In this document: piece by piece, positions 28,171 through 37,419 of the stretch
Layout of the letters: every line of letters begins with the position of its first letter
Position numbering within the stretch: position 1 is the stretch's first letter
Assembly (NCBI GenBank): GCA_964589815.1
Contig: CAZPUR010000002.1
Location: forward strand, 19,466 to 83,465
DNA length: 64,000 bases
From: an uncultured Pseudomonadales bacterium
Lineage (GTDB): Bacteria > Patescibacteriota > Microgenomatia > UBA1400
Direction of reading: 5' to 3'
The notes under the pieces: generated by a model
What the model was told of the DNA's origin: nothing
Seen by the model: the letters and a program-made list of their open reading frames with translations, nothing else
Databases searched by the model: none
Program-made: the position numbers and the translations under genes

Positions 28171-30837
28171 ATGAAGCAATACAATCCTTCTGAAATCGAG
28201 GCCAAATGGAGAAAGATCTGGACTAAAAATAAAACTTTCCAAGTTGATCTAAAAAGAGCCTCGGCCAAAGGCCGAAAGCCATATTACAATCTAATGATGT
28301 TTCCTTATCCATCGGCCGAAGGTCTTCATATTGGTAATATGTATGCTTTTACCGGCTCAGATATCTGGGGCAGATATATGAGAATGAAGGGTTTTGAAGT
28401 TTTTGAACCCATTGGTTTGGATGGTTTTGGGATCCACTCGGAAAACTATGCCCTTAAAGTTGGTCGCCATCCCAAAAAGCAGGCTAAAATCTCCGAAAAA
28501 AACTTTTACCGCCAGCTAAAAATGATTGGCAATCAATTTTCTTGGGACAATCATTTGGAAACCTATGACCCCGATTACTACCGCTGGACCCAGTGGATTT
28601 TTATTCAGTTATTCAAGGCGGGTTTGGCTTATAGAAAAAAGTCAGCGGTTAACTGGTGCCCTTCCTGTAAAACTGTTTTAGCCGATGAACAAGTCATTAA
28701 TGGCCTTTGTGAGCGCTGTGAAACTCGGGTTAAGGAGAAAAAACTATCTCAGTGGTTTTTTAAAATCACTGATTACGCTGATAGATTACTTAAGAATACA
28801 GAGAAAATAGACTGGTCAGAAAAAGTCTTAATTAGCCAGAGAAACTGGATTGGTAGAAAAGAAGGGATTGATATTACTTATCAAGTGGTTGACTCCAGGG
28901 GTAAAAGTCTTAAAAACACCACCATTACTTGCTTTACCACCAGGCCGGATACTAATTTTGGGGCCACTTTTGTGGTTTTAGCGCCGGAACACCAGCTAGT
29001 AGATCAGATAACATCAAAAGATAACAAAAAAACAGTTGGCAATTACAAAGCTCAAGCGCTAGGAAAATCAAAAGAGGAAAGAATTGCTGAAGGATCAAGT
29101 AAAAGTGGAGTTTTTACTGGCAGGTATGCTTTAAACCAGCTAACAGGTAAAAAGATGCCTATCTGGGTTTCTGACTTTGTTTTAATGGATTTTGGCAGTG
29201 GGGCAGTGGTGGGTGTTCCCGGTCATGACCTCAGAGATTTTCAGTTCGCCCGGGAATTTGGGTTGGATATTGTTCGGGTAGTTGTTGGGCCGGACGGAGA
29301 TAAAAGCAAAATCAAAAAAGAATCTCAGGTTCAGGAAGAAGAGGGAAAAATGGTTAATTCCGAGTTTTTAAATGGTTTGGACATTCATCAAGCCACTGAA
29401 AAAATGATGGATTATCTTGAGGAAAAAGGCTGGGGTACAAGGACTGTTACCTATCATCTCCGTGACTGGCTCATTTCTCGCCAAAGATACTGGGGACCAC
29501 CGATTCCTATGGTTTATTGTAAGAAATGTAGTTGGCAGCCAGTAGCGGAAAAGGATTTGCCGGTTTTACTGCCAGAGGTAGAGGATTGGCGGCCTAAAGG
29601 TATGGGTAGAGGACCGTTAGCTCAATTAAAAGATTGGGTGAAGACTAAATGCCCCAAATGCGGCGGTCCAGCTGAAAGGGAAACAGATGTTTCCGATACT
29701 TTTTTAGATTCTGCCTGGTATTTTCTTAGATATCCTAGTATTAAACTTAGGAATAGTAAATTGGAAATTGGTCCGCCAGCTGGCGGATGGAAATTGGAAA
29801 TTCCCTGGAACCAAAAGGTTACAGGGCAGTGGCTGCCGGTAGATATGTATATTGGCGGTGCCGAGCATTCAGTTTTACATCTTCTGTACTCGAGATTCCT
29901 GACGATGTTTTTTAAAGACCAAGGCCTGTTAGACTTCGAAGAACCCTTCAGCAAATTTAGAGCCCACGGTTTGATTATTAAAGATGGTGCCAAGATGAGT
30001 AAATCCAAGGGCAATATTGTCACCCCTGATAAATACATTAAAAAATATGGGGTCGATGCTCTTAGATGCTATCTGATGTTTATTGGTCCTCTGTCTCAAG
30101 GCGGAGATTTTCGAGATACAGGCATGGTGGGAATGTATAAATTTCTCACTCGGGTTTGGAAACTAGTTGTTTCCAACCACGGGATTAACCTCAAGAAAAA
30201 GGGTTCGGAGTACGATCAAAGCCTGGTTTTCAACTCCCCTAAAAACACCTCGGAGGTGTTACGAAGTAACTCCTGCGAGGTGGATGATAAAAGGGAAACC
30301 TATTGGCAACACCAAACCATCAAACGCGTTACCCAAAGCATTGAAAGATTAAAGTATAATACCGCCATTTCTGCTTTAATGGAATATATTAATTTCCTTC
30401 AAAGTCTTAAAAAAATATCACCAGAATCACTATCAATTCTAATTCGACTCTTAGCTCCATTTGCCCCTCATTTAACAGATGAATTATGGTCTATTTTAGA
30501 GAGTAAAAAAGGTATTCAAAGAGATGAGAATCGTCATTCTGGAGCGTCAGCGATAGAATCTCATCGTCATCCCGAATTCATTTCGGGATCTTCTGTTCAT
30601 TACCAATCTTGGCCTAAGTGGAATGAAAAATATTTAGTGGAGGAGACCGTGGAAATCGTGGTTCAAATCAACGGTAAAGTCCGGGATCGTTTACAAGTTA
30701 AAGTCACCAAAGCTAATGATCAAAACACCATTAGCACACTTGCCCTAAATTCTGCTAAAATCCAAAATTACTTGAAGAATAATAAACCTAAAAAAGAAAT
30801 TTTTATCTCTGGAAAACTGATTAATTTGGTAGTTTAA
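28171..30837 (+). CDS. leuS: Leucine--tRNA ligase
   Basis: HIGN (HIGH) motif, KMSKS, CP1 editing domain; carries lineage-specific in-frame inserts (see repeats). Confidence 0.97.
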   Translation: MKQYNPSEIEAKWRKIWTKNKTFQVDLKRASAKGRKPYYNLMMFPYPSAEGLHIGNMYAFTGSDIWGRYMRMKGFEVFEPIGLDGFGIHSENYALKVGRHPKKQAKISEKNFYRQLKMIGNQFSWDNHLETYDPDYYRWTQWIFIQLFKAGLAYRKKSAVNWCPSCKTVLADEQVINGLCERCETRVKEKKLSQWFFKITDYADRLLKNTEKIDWSEKVLISQRNWIGRKEGIDITYQVVDSRGKSLKNTTITCFTTRPDTNFGATFVVLAPEHQLVDQITSKDNKKTVGNYKAQALGKSKEERIAEGSSKSGVFTGRYALNQLTGKKMPIWVSDFVLMDFGSGAVVGVPGHDLRDFQFAREFGLDIVRVVVGPDGDKSKIKKESQVQEEEGKMVNSEFLNGLDIHQATEKMMDYLEEKGWGTRTVTYHLRDWLISRQRYWGPPIPMVYCKKCSWQPVAEKDLPVLLPEVEDWRPKGMGRGPLAQLKDWVKTKCPKCGGPAERETDVSDTFLDSAWYFLRYPSIKLRNSKLEIGPPAGGWKLEIPWNQKVTGQWLPVDMYIGGAEHSVLHLLYSRFLTMFFKDQGLLDFEEPFSKFRAHGLIIKDGAKMSKSKGNIVTPDKYIKKYGVDALRCYLMFIGPLSQGGDFRDTGMVGMYKFLTRVWKLVVSNHGINLKKKGSEYDQSLVFNSPKNTSEVLRSNSCEVDDKRETYWQHQTIKRVTQSIERLKYNTAISALMEYINFLQSLKKISPESLSILIRLLAPFAPHLTDELWSILESKKGIQRDENRHSGASAIESHRHPEFISGSSVHYQSWPKWNEKYLVEETVEIVVQINGKVRDRLQVKVTKANDQNTISTLALNSAKIQNYLKNNKPKKEIFISGKLINLVV
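29772..29787. repeat. TCCGCCAGCTGGCGGA palindrome in frame inside leuS (reads PPAGG)
   Basis: Flanked on both sides by GGAAATTGG words. Confidence 0.95.
30246..30283. repeat. CACCTCGGAGGTG palindrome + degenerate second copy in frame inside leuS (NTSEVLRSNSCEV)
   Basis: Same 13-mer family at 10424, 10448, 54213, 54243, 54291. Confidence 0.9.
30566..30590. repeat. 25-nt hairpin element GTCATCCCGAATTCATTTCGGGATC in frame inside leuS (HPEFISGS)
   Basis: Family members at 38543-38567, 38702-38726, 47397-47421. Confidence 0.9.
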
Positions 30838-31112
30838 ATATAACCTCTTTTTCGAAGCATCACTTCATTCAAATCTAACACGGTTTGTGCTATGATATTG
30901 TCTGGATCTGTTTGTTGACGTTGTTCCTCAATCTGAGCCAATAAAGTTCTGTCTCGACTAGCAAATAATTCTCCCAAAGTAGCTGGATAGCCATCGCCCG
31001 GAACAGCCTGAATGGGAATATCGGAAAAATCAAGAGCCAGCTCTTCTCTTACAGCAGCCTCTTGTTCGTTTAAAGCAGCTAATTGACTTATATGATGTTC
31101 TGATGCTTTCAT
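30834..31112 (-). CDS. Orphan small acidic protein (92 aa), 3' end overlaps leuS stop by 4 nt
   Basis: ORF only; convergent overlap. Confidence 0.4.
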   Translation of the reverse strand: MKASEHHISQLAALNEQEAAVREELALDFSDIPIQAVPGDGYPATLGELFASRDRTLLAQIEEQRQQTDPDNIIAQTVLDLNEVMLRKRGYI

Positions 31113-31236
31113 AAATATGAACTAATTAAAATTATCTGTTATTTTACTTTCTTATTTTTCCTCTGTCAATTTTTTTGCTTTTTTGCTTTTTCTTAACTTC
31201 TTTTTTAGTTTTTTTTCTTTTCCTCCTTAGCAACCT

Positions 31237-31277
31237 TCTTATACTTCGGTATACTAAAAGTATACTAGAGTATAAGC
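31237..31277. promoter_or_regulatory. 41-bp repeat copy 1 (candidate operator) upstream of the yerC-like gene
   Basis: TCTTATACTTCGGTATACTAAAAGTATACTAGAGTATAAGC; contains inverted repeat TATACT-AG-AGTATA; overlaps TTGACA (31277-31282). Confidence 0.5.
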
Positions 31278-31313
31278 TTGACAAATCACAGGGATAAGAT
31301 TATTATTTAAATA

Positions 31314-31769
31314 ATGCCCAGGGTTTCAAAGGCCAGAAAAGTATCTTCAAAGAAAAAAGAGCTCTTTATTGATGACTTCTATTCGGCCATAACTTCTTTT
31401 AAAGACAAGTATGAAGTCCAATCATTTTTTGAAGATATGCTTACTACAGAAGAAAAGTTGATGCTTGCTAAACGTTTTCAAGTAGCCATGATGCTCAAAC
31501 TTAACTATCTTTGGAGTGAAATAACAGATAGAGTAAAGGTAACCACCTCTACGGTAGCTCAAGTGGCCCAGAGAATAAAAAGATATAAGGGTGGGCTTTT
31601 AACTGTTGCCCAGAGAATCATTTCTTTCAAAGAAAAAAAGTTGAATCAGTGGCAGAAACATAAAAAGGAAAAATATTCGGATTTAGGAGCAGAAATGGTC
31701 AAAGCAGGTTTGGGAATTTTGATTCAGAATAAACAAAGAATTAGGAAGAAAAAGTCAATTACATCATAA
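31314..31769 (+). CDS. yerC: TrpR-like YerC/YecD family DNA-binding protein
   Basis: FFEDMLTTEEKLMLAKRFQVAMML...TTSTVAQVAQRIK matches the YerC/YecD pattern. Confidence 0.7.
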   Translation: MPRVSKARKVSSKKKELFIDDFYSAITSFKDKYEVQSFFEDMLTTEEKLMLAKRFQVAMMLKLNYLWSEITDRVKVTTSTVAQVAQRIKRYKGGLLTVAQRIISFKEKKLNQWQKHKKEKYSDLGAEMVKAGLGILIQNKQRIRKKKSITS

Positions 31770-31800
31770 TTAATAAAGCAATTAATAAAGCAAGGTCATT

Positions 31801-31841
31801 TCTTATACTTCGGTATACTAAAAGCATACTAGAGTATAAGC
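31801..31841. promoter_or_regulatory. 41-bp repeat copy 2, 8 nt upstream of comEA
   Basis: 40/41 identical to 31237-31277. Confidence 0.5.
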
Positions 31842-31848
31842 AACAGAT

Positions 31849-32532
31849 ATGGCGGAAGTCCTAGAGGTAAAACTTTCTCCAAAAGAAGTAGAGAGGAGTG
31901 AAGGATTAGACAATAAAGGCAAATTTGACTTCGAGGATTTTTTTGAAAAACATAAACTTCAAGTAATTTTAGGCGGATTAGGCATTTTTCTTTTGGGAGT
32001 AGGGATTTTCTCCACCGTGGCCCTTTCCCTTAAAAATCAATCTTCAGATATAGAAATCATTTCCGACCAAGAAGAACAAACCTCAGAAATTTGTGTCCAC
32101 ATTGCCGGCGCAGTTGAAGCGCCTGGTCTTTACAAACTGGCTTCAGATGCCAGAATTAATGATGCTTTAGTCGCCTCTGGCGGCTTGAACGCTGAAGCTG
32201 ATCGGGAGTGGTTTAATCAATCCGTTAATTTAGCCCAAAAGCTATCAGATGGAGCAAAACTTTATATTCCCTTCAAAGGCGAAGCCTCGCCCATACCCCG
32301 AGAAGGAATAGTTGCTGGCCAACAAACCAATATTTTTGTTGATTCTCAAGGGAAAATCAACCTCAACACTGCCACCCTTGATCAGTTAGATTCTTTACCC
32401 GGTATTGGTCCGGCCTATGCCCAAAGAATTATCGATGCCCGACCCTTTTCTTCCGCAGAAGAGCTCAAAAATATTTCCGGTATTGGCGAAAAAACTTTTG
32501 AGAAAATCAAAGACCAAATCACGGTTTTTTAA
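31849..32532 (+). CDS. comEA: Competence protein ComEA (DNA receptor, SLBB + helix-hairpin-helix)
   Basis: LNTATLDQLDSLPGIGPAYAQRIIDARPFSSAEELKNISGIGEKTFEKI HhH motif; N-terminal TM. Confidence 0.85.
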   Translation: MAEVLEVKLSPKEVERSEGLDNKGKFDFEDFFEKHKLQVILGGLGIFLLGVGIFSTVALSLKNQSSDIEIISDQEEQTSEICVHIAGAVEAPGLYKLASDARINDALVASGGLNAEADREWFNQSVNLAQKLSDGAKLYIPFKGEASPIPREGIVAGQQTNIFVDSQGKINLNTATLDQLDSLPGIGPAYAQRIIDARPFSSAEELKNISGIGEKTFEKIKDQITVF

Positions 32533-33647
32533 TGAATTTAAAACTTCGTTATATTTCCATCCTTCTCACCATTTTTTTACCCCTTTATTTTTTCCGTCTT
32601 TATCAAAAAACAAAAGTTCCCTTTAAAATCGGGGATAAGGTTAAAATTACCTCCAGCTTCACCGAAGAACCCCAAATTTATCAAGGGAAACAACATTTTA
32701 AGATTAAAAACATCAAAGTCAGTTCAGGTTTAGAACCAGAATTGCATTATGGAGATGAGGTACAAGTCATCGGTCGCGTCAGTCGGGAACAAAATAAATA
32801 TTATCTCCAAAACCCAAAAGTGACCTTATTAAAATCCAATAAAAACTTAAAAACCGGTTTATTTAAACTCCGCCAAAACTTAGAGCAAAAAATCACTCAA
32901 GTTTTACCCGAACCTCAAGCCAGCCTTTTATCAGGCATTGTTTTGGGAGTCCAAAAAACTCTGCCTCAAGATTTCTATCAGAACTTGATTAAAAGCGGCA
33001 CCCTCCATATTGTCGTTGCCTCGGGAATGAATATTTCTTTAGTGGCTGGTGGCCTTAAAGAAGTTTTGGCTCATATTTTCTCCCGCAAACCTGCCTTAAT
33101 TATTTCCCTGATAATTATTTACCTTTATTGCCTTTTGGCTGGTTCCACTCCGGCTATTATCCGCGCCAGCCTTATGGCTGGCGCTCTTTACCTTTCTTAC
33201 TTTTTCGGTCGGCAAAGCACCTCCTGGTGGACTTTGATTTTAACTGCCTGCCTTATGTTGATAGTCAACCCCTTAATTATCAGTGATACTGGCTTCCAGC
33301 TTTCTTTTTCCGCTACTTTTGGTTTAATCACCTTTACCCCCAAAATCCAAAAGAAACTCTCTTCCCGATTATTTCTCAAAAAAATCAACCAGCCTTTATC
33401 AGAAACTTTAGGCGCCCTCATCTTTACCTCACCCATTTTAATCTTCACTTTTGGTCGATTTAACCCTCTCATTATTATTCCCAATATTTTTATTATCGAG
33501 TTAATCGAATATATTATGTATTTGGGGCTAATAATTAGTTTCAGCAGTTTAATTTTTTTACCTTTAACTCAGTTGATCGCTTTTTTTGCCTGGCTGCCTT
33601 TGACTTACCTAATTTTGGTGATTAACTTTTTTGGTCCCATACTATGA
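32532..33647 (+). CDS. comEC: ComEC/Rec2 N-terminal and membrane 'competence' domain (first half of split ComEC)
   Basis: TAATG overlap with comEA; polytopic; GTLHIVVASGMNISL competence-domain motif. Confidence 0.8.
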   Translation: MNLKLRYISILLTIFLPLYFFRLYQKTKVPFKIGDKVKITSSFTEEPQIYQGKQHFKIKNIKVSSGLEPELHYGDEVQVIGRVSREQNKYYLQNPKVTLLKSNKNLKTGLFKLRQNLEQKITQVLPEPQASLLSGIVLGVQKTLPQDFYQNLIKSGTLHIVVASGMNISLVAGGLKEVLAHIFSRKPALIISLIIIYLYCLLAGSTPAIIRASLMAGALYLSYFFGRQSTSWWTLILTACLMLIVNPLIISDTGFQLSFSATFGLITFTPKIQKKLSSRLFLKKINQPLSETLGALIFTSPILIFTFGRFNPLIIIPNIFIIELIEYIMYLGLIISFSSLIFLPLTQLIAFFAWLPLTYLILVINFFGPIL

Positions 33648-34468
33648 ACAAAAAAATTTTCTATCCCTTTATTCTTTCCTTAATTCTTTTACCCTTTGTT
33701 TTTCTAGCTTTTTTACCCAGCCAGCGTCTCCAACTGATTGCTTGTGACGTCGGCCAAGGCGACGCCATTTTATTAACTAAAGGTTTTACTCAAATTCTGA
33801 TTGATGGCGGCCCCAATAACAAGGTTTTAGATTGTTTAGAAGAAAACTTACCTTTTTATGACCGCACCCTTGAATTAATCATCAATACTCACCCAGACAA
33901 AGACCATGTGGCTGGCTTAGTAGAAGTTTTAAAACGTTATCAAGTCAATCAAGTTTTAGCTCATGAATTTGATGTAGAAAGTAATATTGCGAAACAGTTT
34001 TATATACTTACTCAAGAACGAGAAATACCTTTTTATTCGCCTGAAAAAGGGGAGAAAATCAAACTGGCAGGTTTAGAGTTTGCTACCCTGTGGCCGCCTT
34101 TGGACAAACAAAACTCAACTCAAGTTCTAGGAACCAGCAGTGGTAAAACCAATGAGAATTCTTTGGTTTTCCATTTGCAATACGGCGCTTTTGATGCTAT
34201 TTTTACCGGTGATATCACCAGTAAAGAAGAAGAACAAATTATCAAAGACTATCAATTTCAAAATATCGAAGTCTTAAAAGTAGCTCATCACGGTTCCAAA
34301 TATTCTTCTTCTCAGAAATTTCTTCAGGCAGTCAGGCCTCAAATCGCCATTATCTCTGTGGGCAAAAACCCCTGGGGCCACCCGACTCAGGAAGTTTTAG
34401 AAAGGTTAAGTCAAGTTAAAGCCAAAATTTTAAGAACAGATAAGGAGAAAATAAAGATAGTGATTTAG
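33644..34468 (+). CDS. ComEC C-terminal metallo-beta-lactamase domain as a separate protein
   Basis: ATGA overlap with previous gene; ACDVGQGDAILL, HPDKDHVAGL, KVAHHGSKYSSS. Confidence 0.85.
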   Translation: MNKKIFYPFILSLILLPFVFLAFLPSQRLQLIACDVGQGDAILLTKGFTQILIDGGPNNKVLDCLEENLPFYDRTLELIINTHPDKDHVAGLVEVLKRYQVNQVLAHEFDVESNIAKQFYILTQEREIPFYSPEKGEKIKLAGLEFATLWPPLDKQNSTQVLGTSSGKTNENSLVFHLQYGAFDAIFTGDITSKEEEQIIKDYQFQNIEVLKVAHHGSKYSSSQKFLQAVRPQIAIISVGKNPWGHPTQEVLERLSQVKAKILRTDKEKIKIVI

Positions 34469-34473
34469 TTTTT

Positions 34474-34806
34474 TTAGCGTTGAAAAAGGAAACCAGAGGC
34501 AAGTCTTTGGAGATTTTCTTCAGCTTCTGTAGCTTTAGCGTCTCCGAAAGAAGCAAGGGCAAAAACCCAAGGTCTTAAGTCTTCCATCGCCATTTCTTCC
34601 GAAGGGAGAAAGGCCAAACCGTAAATACCTGGTCGTATTTCTTGGATAGAGGCAACTTCTTCTGGAGGTATCCCTGCCTCTTCACCCATCCAGAGCAGGG
34701 TTTGATTTATTACCACACTTACGCTTGAATCATAAGACTGTAAAAATAAACCTTGTTCACCGGTTGCTAATGTTATTTCTCTAATCGAAGTTTTTGCTTC
34801 TGCCAT
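34474..34806 (-). CDS. Orphan acidic protein (110 aa)
   Basis: ORF; divergent from 34889. Confidence 0.45.
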   Translation of the reverse strand: MAEAKTSIREITLATGEQGLFLQSYDSSVSVVINQTLLWMGEEAGIPPEEVASIQEIRPGIYGLAFLPSEEMAMEDLRPWVFALASFGDAKATEAEENLQRLASGFLFQR

Positions 34807-34888
34807 AAAATACTCCTTATTTTTATTTTGAACCTTATTTTATCTTTATAACTACTATTTGTCAATAATATAGGATATAATTATAGAT

Positions 34889-35245
34889 ATGGATACATTA
34901 GAAAGATTAGGAATTTGGTTGGGTGAGGGTGAAGCGAACATACTTTATGTTCAAGCCGCAGTTTCTGAGATAGCTCCGGGGACTGAATTTTTTACCGGCG
35001 ACTTGGTTTTTAGAGGAGAAAAACCTCCTAGACCGACTGACTTACTTAGGCAGATGGAGGGATGTGTAGAGCCACTAGGAGTGCAAGCTCGGCGAGGAGG
35101 AGAATTAGGTTGGTTACGCACAGGCGATCCGCGTCTTGAGGGGCTTGGAGTTTGTGAAAAGAGCCAGGAAGGTAAGGACTGTCTTTGTATTCAATCAGCT
35201 CACGCTGGTTGTGTTATTTATGATCGAGCAAAGAGGAGAAAATAA
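34889..35245 (+). CDS. Orphan Cys-containing protein (118 aa), apparently leaderless
   Basis: TATAAT (34876-34881) ends 7 nt before ATG. Confidence 0.5.
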   Translation: MDTLERLGIWLGEGEANILYVQAAVSEIAPGTEFFTGDLVFRGEKPPRPTDLLRQMEGCVEPLGVQARRGGELGWLRTGDPRLEGLGVCEKSQEGKDCLCIQSAHAGCVIYDRAKRRK

Positions 35246-35336
35246 GATTAAGAATTTAAATAAATAAAGCTAGACTATCTGCCTTAGCGTGATATAATTG
35301 TTTGAGTCTTTAAAGTTTTTAGAAAAGAGGGGATAA

Positions 35337-35550
35337 GTGGAAACTAAAACTATAATTATGGGAGCAGATGGAAAACCATTAAACTTAGGGCAGATTAAGG
35401 AAGCAGCTCTGGCTGAAGGCTTTTGACCCTACAGACTTAGAAGGTTTAGGCGCAGAAGATATAGCAACAATAATGGCAGCTGAAAATGCAATTACTAGAG
35501 GAAGGATATCTCCAAACCTCACAGTAAGCCCTAGCCCTACCAGAGAATAG
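35337..35550 (+). pseudogene. Small ORF split by a frameshift in a T4 run (30 aa + 43 aa)
   Basis: TGaTATAAT at 35289-35298. GTG at 35337 with a GAGGGG SD; this frame stops at TGA 35424-35426. The other frame continues from 35419 to TAG 35548-35550 (AFDPTDLEGLGAEDIATIMAAENAITRG...). Confidence 0.35.
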
Positions 35551-35626
35551 ACTTCAGCATTCTTTCCCAGACTTTGAGCTTAAAAAATCTTGACATTGGT
35601 TTAATCGCAATGCTAGACTGAAAAAG

Positions 35627-36538
35627 ATGAGAAAAATTTTTGATTGGCTTAAAAATCACAAACTCGCCTTTATTCTTCTTTTAGTCATGGCTTATTTTAT
35701 TTTTAAACCCCAGTTTTTAGGCCTGTCTAGTTTGCAAAAAGCAGTCACTCCCCAGCGGAGTTTGGTAACCGAAGAAGCCCTACCTGCTGTGGGTGGGGGA
35801 GAAATAGCCATGGCTCCGGCCAGAGGCGGAATCCTTGCACCTGAATCTGCGCCAGTGCCTGACGTAGAAGAAAGAATGGTGGCAGAAGAAAGTTATCTTT
35901 CCATGTTAGTTGACGATGTCCGTCAATCAGTGGATGAAGTCATCAACTATATCGATGCCAAAGGTGGTTACATGGTTTCTTCTAATATTAGTCAACCAGA
36001 AGAAGCGCCTTTTGCCACGGTTGTTTTAAGAGTGCCTCAACCAGAATTAAGGTCAGCCCTGGAACATTTACGGAGTTTGGCAGTTAGAGTCACTTCAGAA
36101 AGATTACAGGGTAGAGATGTCACCGACCAATATTTTGACCTTGAATCTCGACTGCAAACTTTAGAAAAAACCAAAGCCAAGTTTGAAACAATTCTTAACC
36201 AGGCGACTCAAGTTCAAGATCTTTTGGAAGTGCAAAGACAACTGACCTATTTGCAAGACCAGATTGATAGCCTTAAAGGCCGCCAGCTTTATTTAGAAAA
36301 AACCGCGGCCAATGCCAAGCTGACGGTCTATCTTTCTTCAGATGAATGGTCTTTGCCTTATGCGCCGGAAAAGCCTTTTAGAGCTAAAGTGATTTTCAAG
36401 CAAGCAGTTCGTGCTTTGGTGACCACTGTTCGCGGCCTAGCCAAAGCCGGTATTTGGGTAATAGTTTATGGTCCAATTTGGTTGCCAGTTCTGATCATTG
36501 TCTTAGTGATTAAGAAAAGGCGAAGACCTCAACCCTAA
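35627..36538 (+). CDS. DUF4349-like membrane-anchored coiled-coil protein
   Basis: N- and C-terminal TM helices, VVLRVPQPELRSALEHLRSLA...DVTDQYFDLESRLQTLEKTK pattern; promoter TTGACA-18-TAGACT just upstream. Confidence 0.65.
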   Translation: MRKIFDWLKNHKLAFILLLVMAYFIFKPQFLGLSSLQKAVTPQRSLVTEEALPAVGGGEIAMAPARGGILAPESAPVPDVEERMVAEESYLSMLVDDVRQSVDEVINYIDAKGGYMVSSNISQPEEAPFATVVLRVPQPELRSALEHLRSLAVRVTSERLQGRDVTDQYFDLESRLQTLEKTKAKFETILNQATQVQDLLEVQRQLTYLQDQIDSLKGRQLYLEKTAANAKLTVYLSSDEWSLPYAPEKPFRAKVIFKQAVRALVTTVRGLAKAGIWVIVYGPIWLPVLIIVLVIKKRRRPQP

Positions 36539-36615
36539 CATTGAAAAAACACCAATAATCTTCCACCCCTTTTTTGATCTACTAATATATATTTTGATAT
36601 AATTGGTGTTTAATT

Positions 36616-37419
36616 ATGTTAGAAAGACTAGGAGTTGATTATCCTTATCAGGCTAGCGAGCTTTGTGATGGCAATGGCCATTGCTTAGTTTATGAAGTTT
36701 TTGGAGCTGATCCAAGGGCTGGCTTTGTTAGTGGCATTCATACTAATAGGGTTTATGGCAAAAGGGGAGAATACCCCTTGATTCTGCCTTTGTATCGGAG
36801 TTTAAACCAGGGGGGTGAATCATTACCTGCTCATTTAAGAATTTTAAATGCAGATCCGAGAGTAAGACAACGAGAGCCAGAGAATTTGAACCGTTGCTTT
36901 AACGAGCCAATTGGTGATGCTCAGGCTCAATTACTAGCTCGAGTTTTAAGTCAATTTCCTGATTTACAATTTCTTTTTTCCTTTCATGAGGATGTAGACG
37001 AGAATGGGCCTCTTAATTTCGAGCCAGAAGAAAGCACCCCTATTGCTTTTTATATGTATGATATTCCTTTGGATGAGAACGGTGATGGTGCTACCAATGG
37101 TATGGTTAGCGCTCAAGTAGAAGAACTTAGAGAAGCGTTAAAAGGTAAACATTTTTCTCTTTATACTGGTTGGGACGATGTTGATAAACCAGACCGTAAA
37201 GCTCAATGGATTGAAAATGGTTATTGTTTAGTCCCCGCCGATCCATCTTTTGATTGTAGTTTGGAAGAGTGGTTTGTGCGTCAAGGTCGGGAATCGGGAG
37301 TCCAGCGCCGGGCTTTTACTTTTGAAGTTCCTGGGGTTAATTGTTCCATGGCTCAAAAACAGCAAATGCTAGAGATTATTTTAGATCAATTTGTGCGTCC
37401 ATTTTTAGCCTTAAAGTAA
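36616..37419 (+). CDS. M14/AstE-AspA-like protein with degenerate zinc site (possible pseudo-enzyme)
   Basis: SGIHTNRVYG in place of GxHGxE; ENLNRCF and FSFHED motifs retained. Confidence 0.5.
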   Translation: MLERLGVDYPYQASELCDGNGHCLVYEVFGADPRAGFVSGIHTNRVYGKRGEYPLILPLYRSLNQGGESLPAHLRILNADPRVRQREPENLNRCFNEPIGDAQAQLLARVLSQFPDLQFLFSFHEDVDENGPLNFEPEESTPIAFYMYDIPLDENGDGATNGMVSAQVEELREALKGKHFSLYTGWDDVDKPDRKAQWIENGYCLVPADPSFDCSLEEWFVRQGRESGVQRRAFTFEVPGVNCSMAQKQQMLEIILDQFVRPFLALK

